Below are positions 10,742 through 25,017 of a DNA stretch of 64,000 bases, one piece after another; the stretch's first letter is position 1; each line of letters opens with the position of its first letter. Source of the DNA: Pseudomonadota bacterium (GTDB lineage Bacteria > Pseudomonadota > Alphaproteobacteria > Caulobacterales > Caulobacteraceae); NCBI GenBank assembly GCA_049323595.1, contig JBMOOD010000001.1:104530-168529 (forward strand), given 5' to 3'. The notes under the pieces are model-generated. The model was given only the letters and a program-made list of their open reading frames with translations, was not told the DNA's origin and searched no databases. The translations under genes were made by a program, and so were the position numbers.

Positions 10742-11140
10742 ATGCATCGCCGCCTGCTCCTCTCGCTCGCCGCCCTGGCCGCCGCGCCCGGAATCGCCCG
10801 TGCGGCCGGCGGCGGCGAGAAGAAGAAGTCGGGCGGCGGGTCCTACGTGGCGCTGGGCACGGTCCTCGGCACGACCATCCGCCGTGACGGACGCCGGGGG
10901 GTGCTCTCGGTCGAGTGCGGCCTGGACACGCCGGACAGCACGCTTCGGGAACGGGTGGAGCAGTCCGTGCCCCGGCTGCGGGCCGCCTACGCCCAGACCG
11001 TCCGCGCTTACGCCGCCGGGCTGGGGTTCGGCGACCTTCCGAACGTCGACTACATTGCCCGCCAGCTGCAGCAGCAGACCGACAGGGTCCTCGGACGACC
11101 CGGCGCGCGCCTGCTGCTGGGCGCGGTGGTTGTGAACTGA
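10742..11140 (+). CDS. Exported FliL-like protein
   Basis: RR-containing signal-like N-terminus, Gly/Lys linker, P-RLR-AY pattern reminiscent of FliL. Confidence 0.6.
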   Translation: MHRRLLLSLAALAAAPGIARAAGGGEKKKSGGGSYVALGTVLGTTIRRDGRRGVLSVECGLDTPDSTLRERVEQSVPRLRAAYAQTVRAYAAGLGFGDLPNVDYIARQLQQQTDRVLGRPGARLLLGAVVVN

Positions 11141-11141
11141 G

Positions 11142-11429
11142 CTAGCTGATCTCGTCCATGAACCGCGCCAGGGTCACGTCCAGCTCGCTGACCCCGTCGA
11201 CGTCGTGGGTGGCCAGGGTGACCTCCACCCGGTTGTAGACGTTGAACCATTCCGGATGATGGTCGAGCTTGTCGGCCATCAGCGCCACGCGGGTCATGAA
11301 ACCGAAGGCGGCGTTGAAGTCGGCGAACCTGAAGGTCTTAGAGATGGCGTCGCGGCCGCCTTCGACCTTCGACCAGCCGGACAGGCGCTGCAGCGCCGCC
11401 TCGGCGCCGATCTTCGCCGGCCGATTCAT
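11142..11429 (-). CDS. phhB: Pterin-4-alpha-carbinolamine dehydratase
   Basis: [11 protein letters not shown]...[21 protein letters not shown]. Confidence 0.92.
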   Translation of the reverse strand: MNRPAKIGAEAALQRLSGWSKVEGGRDAISKTFRFADFNAAFGFMTRVALMADKLDHHPEWFNVYNRVEVTLATHDVDGVSELDVTLARFMDEIS

Positions 11430-12085
11430 GCGGTCTCCTCCGCGTCGAACTGGAGGCCCGTCGCCTTGGCGAGGTCGGCCAGGGTCTGGTCCACGTCGAC
11501 CACCTTGATCGCCTTCATGCCCAGGCCCGCCGCCGGCTTGCAGTTGATACCCAGGTCGTCGAGGTAGACACAGGCCTCGGGCCGCACGTCCAGCAGGTCG
11601 CACATCATCAGATAGATGCGCGGGTCCGGCTTGCGCACGCCCGCCTTGGAGCTTTCGATGATGGCGTCGAACAGCGGCATCACCTGGGCCATGGCGCCGG
11701 CCATCCGCTGACCCTCGTCCTGGCCGGGGCTGTGCTCGGAGACCACGTTGTTGGTGATGCAGCCCACCTTGAACTCGGCCTTGCAGGCCTTCAGCGCCGC
11801 CACCATCCGCGGGCGCAGCTGCCCCGAGAGCAGTGGCAGCACCTCGCGGCCCGGCACCGGATGGCCCAGCGCCGTCGACTCGGCGAGGAACAGTTCGTCG
11901 AACTTGAAGGTGTCGATCTCGTTGCGCTCGAACAGGGCCCAGGCGTTGTGGTCGGGGTTGGTCGCGTTGATGGTCCGGATGAAGTCCTTGGGCAGGCCCT
12001 TCTCGGCCTCGTAGCGATTGAACGCCTCGAACGGCGAGGAGGTGAACACCCCACCGAAATCCCAGATCACCGCCTCGATCGACAC
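11426..12085 (-). CDS. HAD-IA family hydrolase
   Basis: WDFGGVF motif [17 protein letters not shown]; AGGAG before GTG at 12085. Confidence 0.88.
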   Translation of the reverse strand: MSIEAVIWDFGGVFTSSPFEAFNRYEAEKGLPKDFIRTINATNPDHNAWALFERNEIDTFKFDELFLAESTALGHPVPGREVLPLLSGQLRPRMVAALKACKAEFKVGCITNNVVSEHSPGQDEGQRMAGAMAQVMPLFDAIIESSKAGVRKPDPRIYLMMCDLLDVRPEACVYLDDLGINCKPAAGLGMKAIKVVDVDQTLADLAKATGLQFDAEETA

Positions 12086-12157
12086 CGCGCGCTCCTGCAC
12101 CAAAACTTCGCGGCGCGGACGCTAGAGAGACGGGCCCGACCGTGCAAGTAAGGGCCG

Positions 12158-12526
12158 ATGCTTCCACACCGTTTCCCTCGGCCGGTCCGGATCGCCCTCT
12201 ACGCACTGGCCGCGCTCATCCTCCTGGTGCTTTGCGTCCTGCCGACGGAAGACCTGCCCGATCCCGGAACGGGGGACCGGTTCGAGCACACCGCCGCCTG
12301 GTTCGTGCTCACCGCGACCGGCTACGCGCTCGCGCCGCGCCGGATGTGGGCGATCCCGGCCTTCGCCCTCGCCTACGGCGTGGTTGTCGAGGTGATCCAG
12401 GGCGCTGCGCCCACCGGGCGGCACAGCGACCTGCTCGACTTCGTCGCCGACGCGGTGGGCGTGGCGATCGCCATCGGCCTCTACGGGCTGCTGCGGCTCA
12501 TCTCCTGGCGCCGTGAGGCGGCGTGA
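12158..12526 (+). CDS. VanZ-like membrane protein
   Basis: D-x-F-EH, EVIQG, D-x-x-D-x-x-AD-x-x-G motifs and hydrophobic helices. Confidence 0.75.
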   Translation: MLPHRFPRPVRIALYALAALILLVLCVLPTEDLPDPGTGDRFEHTAAWFVLTATGYALAPRRMWAIPAFALAYGVVVEVIQGAAPTGRHSDLLDFVADAVGVAIAIGLYGLLRLISWRREAA

Positions 12527-14035
12527 CTACTCCGCAGGCGCGGTGACGATGGCGCCGGCCGGGGGCGACTGATGATCGCCGGGCGGCCGGACGGCCCGCG
12601 CCGCCCGCCGCTCCGCCAGCGCGGCTCGCGTCGCCTCGTAGCTCTGCCGGTTGATCCGGTACTGCGCGTAGAAGAACACGGCGATCAGCCCTGGAACGCC
12701 GGCGATGACCCCCTCCACGAACGCCAGGTCGCGGAGCACGGTCGGCGCGATCTCGCCAGGGGTGGCCTTCGCCGGGAAGTTGATGAAGGTGATCACGAAA
12801 CCGGCCAGCGCCGCGCCGATCGCCTGGTCCATCTTCGCCGCCAGCGCGCGCGTCGAGTAGAGGATCCCCTCCTGGCGGATGCCGTGCTTGAGCTCGTTCT
12901 GGTCGGCGATGTCCGCGAGGGCCGACATCACGCTGATCTGCAGGATGCTCACCGAGGCGTAGCCGACCGTGGCGAAGGCGATGAGGATCGCCAGCAGCCC
13001 GGGCGTGTCCGGCGTCAGCACGCCGAGGAGGCCGAGGATCAACGGCAGTCCCGGCACGATCGCATAGACCAGGCACGAGGCGATGATGGTGCGCTTCTTG
13101 TCGGCGCGGCCGTGCAGCATCGGCGCGAACCAGAAGGCGCCGAAGTAGCCCACGAAGCTGCCGATGATGAACAGGCTGAGCTGTTCGGAGTTGAGTTCCC
13201 AGTAGAAGGTGTTGACGTACATCCGCAGGGCCTCGCGCAGGCCCAGCATCAGCGAGAGGAAGAAGTAGGCGACCAGCAGCCAGACGTAGTTGACGTTGGT
13301 CAGCGCCTTGCCGACGTCCCGCATGAATTCCATCGGGCTGAATCCGGGCGCGCCCTCCTCCGGCTGGGGCAGGTGGGGGATGCGGTCCCGCGTGAACCAG
13401 GACGAGCTGAACAGGATGATGAGGACGGCCACCGAGAGCGAGAAGGCGTAGACCGGCCAGGGCTCCGGGTTGAGGACGCCGCGCGGATACTCCGGCGTCG
13501 AGGGGAAGAAGATCCGCAGCGCCAGGGTCGTGGTGAAGGCGGCGCCGGCCCAGAGGAAGAAGCTGTTGTAGGCCATCACCTTCGAGCGTTCGGTGTAGTG
13601 GCTCGACAGTTCCGCCCCCAACGCCAGGTGCGGGGTGTGGAAGAAGGTCATCGACTGGCGCAGCATCACGACCGAGACGCCGAACCAGACGAGCAGTCCG
13701 GTCTGGTCGAGGGACGCCGGCGGATTGAAGATCGCGTAGAGGCTCAGCGCGATCGGGAACGGCGCGGCCAGCATATAGGGGTGCCGGCGGCCCCACTTCG
13801 ACCGCGTCCGGTCCGACCAGGATCCCACAATGGGGTCGGAGAGCGCATCGAGGAACAGGCTGGCCGAGATGGCGAGCCCCGCCAGGTGGGCCGGAACGCC
13901 CAGTATTTGGTTGTAGAAGAGCAGCGCGAAGGACGAGACCGAATACAGCGCAATGGACTCCGCGGCGCTGCCGACCCCGAACGCGAACTTCGTCCGCAGG
14001 GGCAGGCGATCGCCCGCGCGCGCGACCTCACTCAT
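12527..14035 (-). CDS. MFS/GPH (melibiose-like) symporter
   Basis: DALSDPIVGSWSDRTRSKWGRRHPY, PHLALGAEL, LADIAD, about 12 TM segments. Confidence 0.88.
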   Translation of the reverse strand: MSEVARAGDRLPLRTKFAFGVGSAAESIALYSVSSFALLFYNQILGVPAHLAGLAISASLFLDALSDPIVGSWSDRTRSKWGRRHPYMLAAPFPIALSLYAIFNPPASLDQTGLLVWFGVSVVMLRQSMTFFHTPHLALGAELSSHYTERSKVMAYNSFFLWAGAAFTTTLALRIFFPSTPEYPRGVLNPEPWPVYAFSLSVAVLIILFSSSWFTRDRIPHLPQPEEGAPGFSPMEFMRDVGKALTNVNYVWLLVAYFFLSLMLGLREALRMYVNTFYWELNSEQLSLFIIGSFVGYFGAFWFAPMLHGRADKKRTIIASCLVYAIVPGLPLILGLLGVLTPDTPGLLAILIAFATVGYASVSILQISVMSALADIADQNELKHGIRQEGILYSTRALAAKMDQAIGAALAGFVITFINFPAKATPGEIAPTVLRDLAFVEGVIAGVPGLIAVFFYAQYRINRQSYEATRAALAERRAARAVRPPGDHQSPPAGAIVTAPAE

Positions 14036-14261
14036 GGCTTCCTCCAGGCGCTCTCGAAGGCGCTTTCCGTGAGGGAAGACCATCGCCTGGCGCCCGTCAA
14101 ATGAAACATACCCATATTTCGAGAATGAAACGTCGCGCGCCCGGCGCATGTCCGCACGCCTCTTATGTCGCGCGAAAAGCTGGTAGAAGGGGATCGGCCT
14201 GCCTAGAAGAGAGTTGATCGGCGGCAACTTCGCCCCCGACACCCTCGATGGTCGCACGTCC

Positions 14262-16625
14262 ATGCCTCAGACACGTCCCGCGCCCTCCGGCCACAATCGC
14301 CCTGACGACACCCGGCTGGCGGCGCTGCGGCGCATCGACGAGCGGCTGCGCTGGCTGGCGACCTGGACCATCCACAACGCCAACCACAACCGCGAGAGCC
14401 GCGACGGCCTGAAGGTGGGCGGACACCAGGCGTCCTGCGCGTCGATGACCGCGATCATGACGGCGCTCTACTTCCATGCGCTGAGGCCCGAGGACCGGGT
14501 GGCGGTGAAGCCGCACGCCAGTCCGGTGTTCCACGCCGCCCAGCACCTCATGGGCCGCCAGAGCCGCGACCAGCTCGAACGGTTCCGCAGCTTCGGCGGC
14601 GCCCAGTCCTATCCGTCGCGCACGAAGGACAAGGATGACGTGGACTTCTCGACGGGTTCCGTTGGCCTCGGCGTGGCGATCACCGCCTTCGCGTCGCTGG
14701 CGCAGGACTATCTCGAGGGCCACGGCCTGCTGGACCCGGCGCGCAAGGGCCGCTTCGTCGCCACCCTGGGCGACGCCGAGCTCGACGAGGGCAACATCTA
14801 CGAGTGCCTGATCGAGGCCTACAAGCACGACATCCGGAACTGCTGGTGGATCGTCGACTACAACCGGCAGAGCCTGGACGCCACCACGGCGGACCGGATG
14901 TTCGACCGGTTCGACGACATCTTCGAGACCGCCGGCTGGCGGGTCATCACGCTGAAATGGGGCAAGGCACAGCTCCGCGCCTTCGCCCGGCCCGGCGGCA
15001 AGGCGCTGCAGGCCTGGATCGAGGCCTGTCCCAACGCCGAGTTCGCGGCGCTGACCTTCCAGGGCGGAGCGGCCTGGCGCGAGCGGCTGATGCGCGACAT
15101 CGGCCGGCAGGCCGGCGTGCGCGCCCTGCTCGAGAGCTTCAGCGACGACGAACTCCACCAGCTCATGATCGGCCTGGGCGGCCACTGCCTGGAGACTCTG
15201 ATCGAGGCGTTCGACGCGGCCCAGGACGACACGCCGACGCTGTTCATCGCCTACACCGTCAAGGGCTTCGGCCTGCCGCTGCAGGGCCACAAGGACAACC
15301 ACGCCGGCCTGATGACCGCGGCCCAGGTCGAGACGGTCCGCCGGGCCCTCGGCGTGCCTGAGGGGCAGGAGTGGGATCCCCTCGCGGGCCTTCCGCACGA
15401 CGAGGTCGAAGCGGTGAAGGCCGCGATCGCCGAGGCGCCCTTCGCCCAGCCGGCGGACCGCCGCCTCGCCGCCGCGGCGATCCCGGTTCCCGCCCGGGCG
15501 GACTTCCCCTGCCCGGACGGCGCCGAGCAGTCCACCCAGGCCGCTTTCGGCCGCATCCTGCTGGACCTCGCCAAGAGCGACCACCCCCTTGCCGACCGGA
15601 TCGTCACGACGAGCCCGGACGTGACCGTCTCCACCAACCTCGGCGGCTTCGTGAACCAGCGGGGCCTGTTCCGCCGGCGCGCGACGGCCGACGTCTTCCG
15701 CGACGCCAAGATCCCCTCGCCCCAGAAGTGGGCGGGCGCCGCCGCCGGCCAGCACGTCGAACTGGGCATCGCCGAGCACAACCTGTTCCTGAACCTGGGC
15801 GCATTCGGCCTGACCGCCTCGCTGTTCGGCGAGCGGCTGCTGCCGATCGGGACGGTCTACGACCCCTTCATCAGCCGCGGCCTCGATGCCCTGAACTACG
15901 CCTGCTACCAGGACGCCCGGTTCATGCTGGTGGCCACGCCCAGCGGCCTGACGCTGGGCCCCGAGGGCGGCGCCCACCAGTCGATCTACACCCCGCTGAT
16001 CGGCATCGGCCAGCCGGGCCTGACCTACTTCGAGCCGGCCTTCGTGGACGAGCTCAGCGAGGTGATGCGCTGGTCGTTCCAGCACATGCAGGCCGAGGAC
16101 GGCGGTTCGGTCTACCTGCGGCTCACCACGCGCGCCCTGGCCCAACCGGAACGCCCGGATGACGCCTGGCGCGAACCGGCCCTGAAGGGCGGCTATTGGC
16201 TGCGCGAGCCGGCGCCGGGCTCCGAGGCCGCGATCGCCTTCTGCGGCGCCGTCGCGCCCGACGTGCTCGCAGCCGCCGACCAACTGGCCGAGGACATTCC
16301 GGGCCTTGGCGTGCTGAACGTCGTCTCGCCCGGCCTGCTGCACCGCGACTGGATGGCCGCCCGGCGGGCCCGCTGGACCGGCGGTGAGCGGCGCGCCAGC
16401 CACGCCGAGACGCTGCTGGCCCGCCTCGCGCCCGGCGCCGGACTGGTGACCGTCGTCGACGGCTCGCCCGCGACCCTGTCCTGGCTGGGCGGCGTGCTGG
16501 GCCAGCGGGTCAGCAGCCTGGGCCTCGACAGCTTCGGCCAGGTCGGCGACCTGACGGACCTCTACCGCCACTACCGCCTGGACGCCGAGGCGATCGTCGA
16601 GGCCTGCGCCGACCTGTTCCTGTGA
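14262..16625 (+). CDS. Transketolase-fold, AceE-like homodimeric 2-oxoacid dehydrogenase E1
   Basis: KVGGHQASCAS, STGSVGLG, GDAELDEGNIYE ThDP motif, GIAEHN, EGGAHQS. Confidence 0.85.
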   Translation: MPQTRPAPSGHNRPDDTRLAALRRIDERLRWLATWTIHNANHNRESRDGLKVGGHQASCASMTAIMTALYFHALRPEDRVAVKPHASPVFHAAQHLMGRQSRDQLERFRSFGGAQSYPSRTKDKDDVDFSTGSVGLGVAITAFASLAQDYLEGHGLLDPARKGRFVATLGDAELDEGNIYECLIEAYKHDIRNCWWIVDYNRQSLDATTADRMFDRFDDIFETAGWRVITLKWGKAQLRAFARPGGKALQAWIEACPNAEFAALTFQGGAAWRERLMRDIGRQAGVRALLESFSDDELHQLMIGLGGHCLETLIEAFDAAQDDTPTLFIAYTVKGFGLPLQGHKDNHAGLMTAAQVETVRRALGVPEGQEWDPLAGLPHDEVEAVKAAIAEAPFAQPADRRLAAAAIPVPARADFPCPDGAEQSTQAAFGRILLDLAKSDHPLADRIVTTSPDVTVSTNLGGFVNQRGLFRRRATADVFRDAKIPSPQKWAGAAAGQHVELGIAEHNLFLNLGAFGLTASLFGERLLPIGTVYDPFISRGLDALNYACYQDARFMLVATPSGLTLGPEGGAHQSIYTPLIGIGQPGLTYFEPAFVDELSEVMRWSFQHMQAEDGGSVYLRLTTRALAQPERPDDAWREPALKGGYWLREPAPGSEAAIAFCGAVAPDVLAAADQLAEDIPGLGVLNVVSPGLLHRDWMAARRARWTGGERRASHAETLLARLAPGAGLVTVVDGSPATLSWLGGVLGQRVSSLGLDSFGQVGDLTDLYRHYRLDAEAIVEACADLFL

Positions 16626-16693
16626 CCGACCGGGCGGCTCCGCCTGTCGCGTTCCACTTGACCGCGGCCGCGATTGCGTGACGCTTCCGGCGC

Positions 16694-17305
16694 ATGGCCC
16701 TGCTTGACTGGATCGCGCCGGAGAGCGGCCTTCGCGTGGAAGGCGAAGGCGTGCGTCTTCGTCCGCCCCGCGCCGCCGACTTCCCGGAATGGCGCGAGCT
16801 CAGGGCCCAGAGCCGGGCGTTCCTTCAGCCGTGGGAGCCGACCTGGCCCGCGGACGACCTCTCCCGCGCCGCGTTCCGTCGCCGCCTGATCGCCTATGCG
16901 CGCGACCGCGAGGCGGGCGTGGCCTATCCGTTCTTCGTGTTCCGGGCGTCGGACGACGCCCTGACCGGCGGCATCACCCTCTCCAACGTCCGCCGCGGCG
17001 TCGCCCAGATGGGCTCGATCGGCTACTGGTGCGGTCGGCCCTTCGCGCGCCAGGGCCTGACGCTCGGCGCTGTCCGCGCGGTCTCGGAGTTCGCCTTCCG
17101 CACGCTCGGCCTGCACCGGCTGGAAGCCGCCTGCATCCCGGAGAACGCACCGTCCCGGAGTCTGCTGCAGAAGGCGGGCTTCGAGGAGGAGGGATTCGCG
17201 CGGGCTTATCTTAAAATTAACGGCGCTTGGCGAGACCATGTCCTGTTCGGCCTGGTGACTCCGTACCGGGAGCGCGAGAGGCCGGACGAAGGGGTGTCGG
17301 TCTAG
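16694..17305 (+). CDS. rimJ: RimJ/RimL GNAT N-acetyltransferase
   Basis: FLQPWEP, GSIGYW, LHRLEAACIPEN, EGFARAYLKINGAWRDH. Confidence 0.85.
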   Translation: MALLDWIAPESGLRVEGEGVRLRPPRAADFPEWRELRAQSRAFLQPWEPTWPADDLSRAAFRRRLIAYARDREAGVAYPFFVFRASDDALTGGITLSNVRRGVAQMGSIGYWCGRPFARQGLTLGAVRAVSEFAFRTLGLHRLEAACIPENAPSRSLLQKAGFEEEGFARAYLKINGAWRDHVLFGLVTPYRERERPDEGVSV

Positions 17306-17347
17306 CTTCCGACGCCTCCCGACACGGGCTCGATTCTCAAGGACCGG

Positions 17348-19006
17348 ATGGCCAACGAGCGCTGGATGTGGGACGCGACGGCCACCCTGGAGGCCCTCGG
17401 CGCAGCCGAGGTCGCGCTCTGGGTGTGGGAGCCGGAGAAGGACCGACTGCGGCTCACCGGGGCGACCCGCGCGCTGGGCCTGGGTCCCCTTGCGCCTGAC
17501 TGCTCGTCCGCCGCCTTCCGCGCCCTGGCCCTGCCGCAGGACCGGGCCCTGGCCGACGACGTGCTGCGGGTGCAGGAGCCGGGCGGCGAGGTCGCGGTGC
17601 GCCTGCGCCTGCGCGGCGGCGCGCCCTGCGTCTGGCGCGGCGTCTGGCTGGAGGAGGGCCTGCGCGCAGCCGGCGTCGTCGCCGCCGAGGTGCGGTTCGC
17701 CGCTTCCGGCGTGGACCATCTCACCGGACTCGTCGACCGCCGCAGCTTCATCAACATCGCCCGCGAGCGCCTCCAGGCGCCGGGCCAGCACGAGCTCATC
17801 GTGGCCGACCTCGACCGGCTGCGGCGGCTCAACGAAGCCCTGGGGCACGAACGCGCTGACCTGGTGCTGGCCGCGCTGGGTTCGCGCCTGGCCGCCGCCT
17901 TCCCGCCCGGCGCGTTGCTGGCGCGGATCGGCGAGGACGAGTTCGCCGCCCTCGCGCCCGTCAGCGACTCCCCCGGCGCCGAGACCCTGCGCCAGGCGCT
18001 GGAGCAGCCGCTGCGCGTCGCCGGCTTCGACATCCATCCGACGTTGTCCATCGGCGCGGTCGAGGCGCCGGGCGGCGAGGACGCGCCCGAGGCGGCCGAG
18101 CTGCTGCGCCGCGCCGAGCTGGCGGTGGAGGCGGCCAAGAGCAACGGCCGCGGCGGGGCGGCCGCCTATGGCCGCAGCCTGGAGACCGACGGCCTCTCGC
18201 GCCTGGCGCTGGAGGGCGACCTGAAAGGCGCCCTGCGGCGCGGCGAACTGATGCCGTTCTACCAGCCGATCGTGCGCCTCTCGACCGGCGCCCTGTCCGG
18301 CTTCGAGGCCCTGGTCCGCTGGCGGCACCCCCGCCGCGGCCTGCTGATGCCCGAGCAGTTCCTGCCGCTCTGCGACGAGATGGGGCTAATGCCCGAAGTC
18401 GGCGCCATGATGATGCGCGAGGCGGCCAATCAGCTGGCGGCCTGGCGCAAGCGACATCGCGCCGCTGGCGAGCTGACCGTGGCGGTCAACCTCTCCACCG
18501 GCGAGATCGACCGGCCAGACCTGGTGGCCGACGTCACCGCGATCCGCCGGGAGACCGGCCTGCCGCCCGGCGCGCTGAAGTTGGAGGTGACCGAGAGCGA
18601 CGTCATGCGCGACCCGGACCGCGCGGCCGTGGTGCTGCGGGCGCTGCGCGCCGCCGGCGCCGCCCTGGCGCTGGACGACTTCGGCACGGGATTCTCCTCG
18701 CTCAGCTACCTGACCCGCCTGCCCTTCGACACCCTGAAGATCGACCGCTACTTCGTGCGCACCATGGCCACCAACGAGGGCTCGGTGAAGATCGTCTCGT
18801 CGGTCGTGAAGCTGGGGCAAGACCTCGACCTGGAGGTGGTGGCCGAGGGGGTGGAGAACGCCGGCATGGCCCGCCACCTGCTCTCGCTCGGCTGCGACTA
18901 CGGCCAGGGCTTCGGCTATGCGCCGGCCCTGTCGGCCCAGGAGGCCGAGGTCTATCTCAACGAGAGCTACGTCGATGGGGCCGCACCCGTGAAGGCCCGC
19001 GGCTAG
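17348..19006 (+). CDS. pdeA: GGDEF(GEDEF)-EAL c-di-GMP phosphodiesterase, PdeA-like
   Basis: Degenerate ARIGEDEF motif; EAL domain with EALVRW, LEVTES, LDDFGTGFSSL, KIDR, VAEGVE. Confidence 0.8.
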   Translation: MANERWMWDATATLEALGAAEVALWVWEPEKDRLRLTGATRALGLGPLAPDCSSAAFRALALPQDRALADDVLRVQEPGGEVAVRLRLRGGAPCVWRGVWLEEGLRAAGVVAAEVRFAASGVDHLTGLVDRRSFINIARERLQAPGQHELIVADLDRLRRLNEALGHERADLVLAALGSRLAAAFPPGALLARIGEDEFAALAPVSDSPGAETLRQALEQPLRVAGFDIHPTLSIGAVEAPGGEDAPEAAELLRRAELAVEAAKSNGRGGAAAYGRSLETDGLSRLALEGDLKGALRRGELMPFYQPIVRLSTGALSGFEALVRWRHPRRGLLMPEQFLPLCDEMGLMPEVGAMMMREAANQLAAWRKRHRAAGELTVAVNLSTGEIDRPDLVADVTAIRRETGLPPGALKLEVTESDVMRDPDRAAVVLRALRAAGAALALDDFGTGFSSLSYLTRLPFDTLKIDRYFVRTMATNEGSVKIVSSVVKLGQDLDLEVVAEGVENAGMARHLLSLGCDYGQGFGYAPALSAQEAEVYLNESYVDGAAPVKARG

Positions 19007-19575
19007 GCTCGGCCGGCCTCGCTGGACAGAAACTTGGGATCGATCCCCAGCTTGCCGAGGGCGCGGGCCCACTTGGTCTCGTAGTCGTCGTCGAAGACCA
19101 GGGCCTCGTCGGCGTCCACCGTCAGCCAGACGTTCTCGCGGATCTCGCGCTCCAGCTGGCCGGCGCCCCAGCCGGAATAGCCCAGCGCCAGTATGGCCCT
19201 GCGCGGATGGCCGCCGCCTTCGCCCATCGCCTCCAACACCTCGCGGGTGGTGGTGAGCGCCAGGCCTCCCTCCACGTCGACGCTGAACTCGGCGTGATAG
19301 TCGTCGGTGTGCAGCACGAAGCCGCGCTCGACCTCCACCGGCCCGCCCATCAGAACGAGGTCGTCCTCAAGCTCCGGCGTGGTCTTGATCTCCAGCCGCT
19401 CCAGGAGGTCCGGGACGGTCAGGCCCTCCACCGGGCGGTTCACGGCGATGCCCATGGCGTGCTGGGGATCATGGGCGCAGACGAGGATGACCGACCGCTC
19501 AAAGCGCGGGTCGCCGATGCCCGGCATGGCGATCAGGAGCTGGCCTGAGAGAAAACCGCCTTCCATGCCGCTCAA
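19003..19575 (-). CDS. yqgE: YqgE/AlgH family protein
   Basis: LLIAMP, GGPVE...GFVLH, LGYSGWGAGQLERE...W. Confidence 0.93.
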   Translation of the reverse strand: MSGMEGGFLSGQLLIAMPGIGDPRFERSVILVCAHDPQHAMGIAVNRPVEGLTVPDLLERLEIKTTPELEDDLVLMGGPVEVERGFVLHTDDYHAEFSVDVEGGLALTTTREVLEAMGEGGGHPRRAILALGYSGWGAGQLEREIRENVWLTVDADEALVFDDDYETKWARALGKLGIDPKFLSSEAGRA

Positions 19576-19688
19576 GATTCAGCCCGAAGGTGACGACTTC
19601 AAGGGCCGCGTGCGCAGGTGTCGCGGAAACGAGTTACGGTCGGCCGACTTATCCCCTATCTCGGCTCCACAACGCGGAAGGAGACCCC

Positions 19689-20171
19689 ATGACGATCAAG
19701 GTTGGCGACAAGCTCCCCAATGTGACCCTGACCCAGGCGACCTCGGAAGGGCCGCGACCGGTCCAGTCCGAGGACTTCTTCAAGGGCAAGACGGTGGCGC
19801 TGTTCGCGGTGCCGGGCGCCTTCACCCCCACCTGCTCGGCCAAGCACCTGCCAGGCTTCAAGCAGGCCGCGCCCGACCTCAGGAAGAAGGGCGTCGATAC
19901 GATCGCCTGCGTCTCGGTCAACGACGCCTTCGTGATGCGCGCGTGGGGCGAGGACCAGGCGGTGGGCGACGACATCGTCATGCTGGCCGACGGCAACGGC
20001 GACTTCACCAAGGCCATCGGCCTCGAGATGGACGCCAGCAAGTTCGGCATGGGCCCGCGCTCGCAGCGCTACTCCATGATCGTCAAGGACGGCGTGGTGA
20101 AGGAGCTCAACGTCGAGCAGGGCGGTGAGTTCAAGGTCTCCGCCGCCGACTACATGCTGGCGCAGCTCTGA
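19689..20171 (+). CDS. Peroxiredoxin (Prx5/type II)
   Basis: VPGAFTPTCSAKHLP, SVNDAFVM, RSQRYSM. Confidence 0.93.
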   Translation: MTIKVGDKLPNVTLTQATSEGPRPVQSEDFFKGKTVALFAVPGAFTPTCSAKHLPGFKQAAPDLRKKGVDTIACVSVNDAFVMRAWGEDQAVGDDIVMLADGNGDFTKAIGLEMDASKFGMGPRSQRYSMIVKDGVVKELNVEQGGEFKVSAADYMLAQL

Positions 20172-20247
20172 GGACCTGGGGCGGAGCCGCGGCGCGGCGA
20201 CCGCCCCTCCTCCGTGCTCCTCCGGCCCGTCGGGGGATCCAGGCGCG

Positions 20248-20597
20248 CTACAACCGCAGGCCCAGGCGAGGGCCGCCCCATGTCATCGCCAGGTACAGCG
20301 CGATCGTGAGCAGGCAACCGCAGCCCAGAGCCGGCCAGAAGTGGACGCCCTTTCGCAACAGAAGCGGAACGAGCAGGAACATCGGCAGCGACGGAAGCAC
20401 GAACCAGAAGGTGGCCTCCGCATGCGCCGCCAGTCGTGGCGCGTCAGCCGTATCGCGCCACAGCCAGATCATGCCCAGGATTGAAACCAAGGGCAGGGAG
20501 GCGATCAGCGCGCCGAAGCCGGGGCTGCGCTTGGCCACCTCCGACACGACGGCGATGATGACGCCCGAGATCAGCGCCTTGGCGATCAGATAGCCCA

Positions 20598-20598
<1 letters not shown>
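20248..20598 (-). CDS. DUF3147-like membrane protein
   Basis: KALISGVIIAVVSEVAKR...GALIASLPLVS; start overlaps the czcA stop. Confidence 0.75.
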
Positions 20599-25016
<4,418 letters not shown>

Positions 25017-25017
<1 letters not shown>

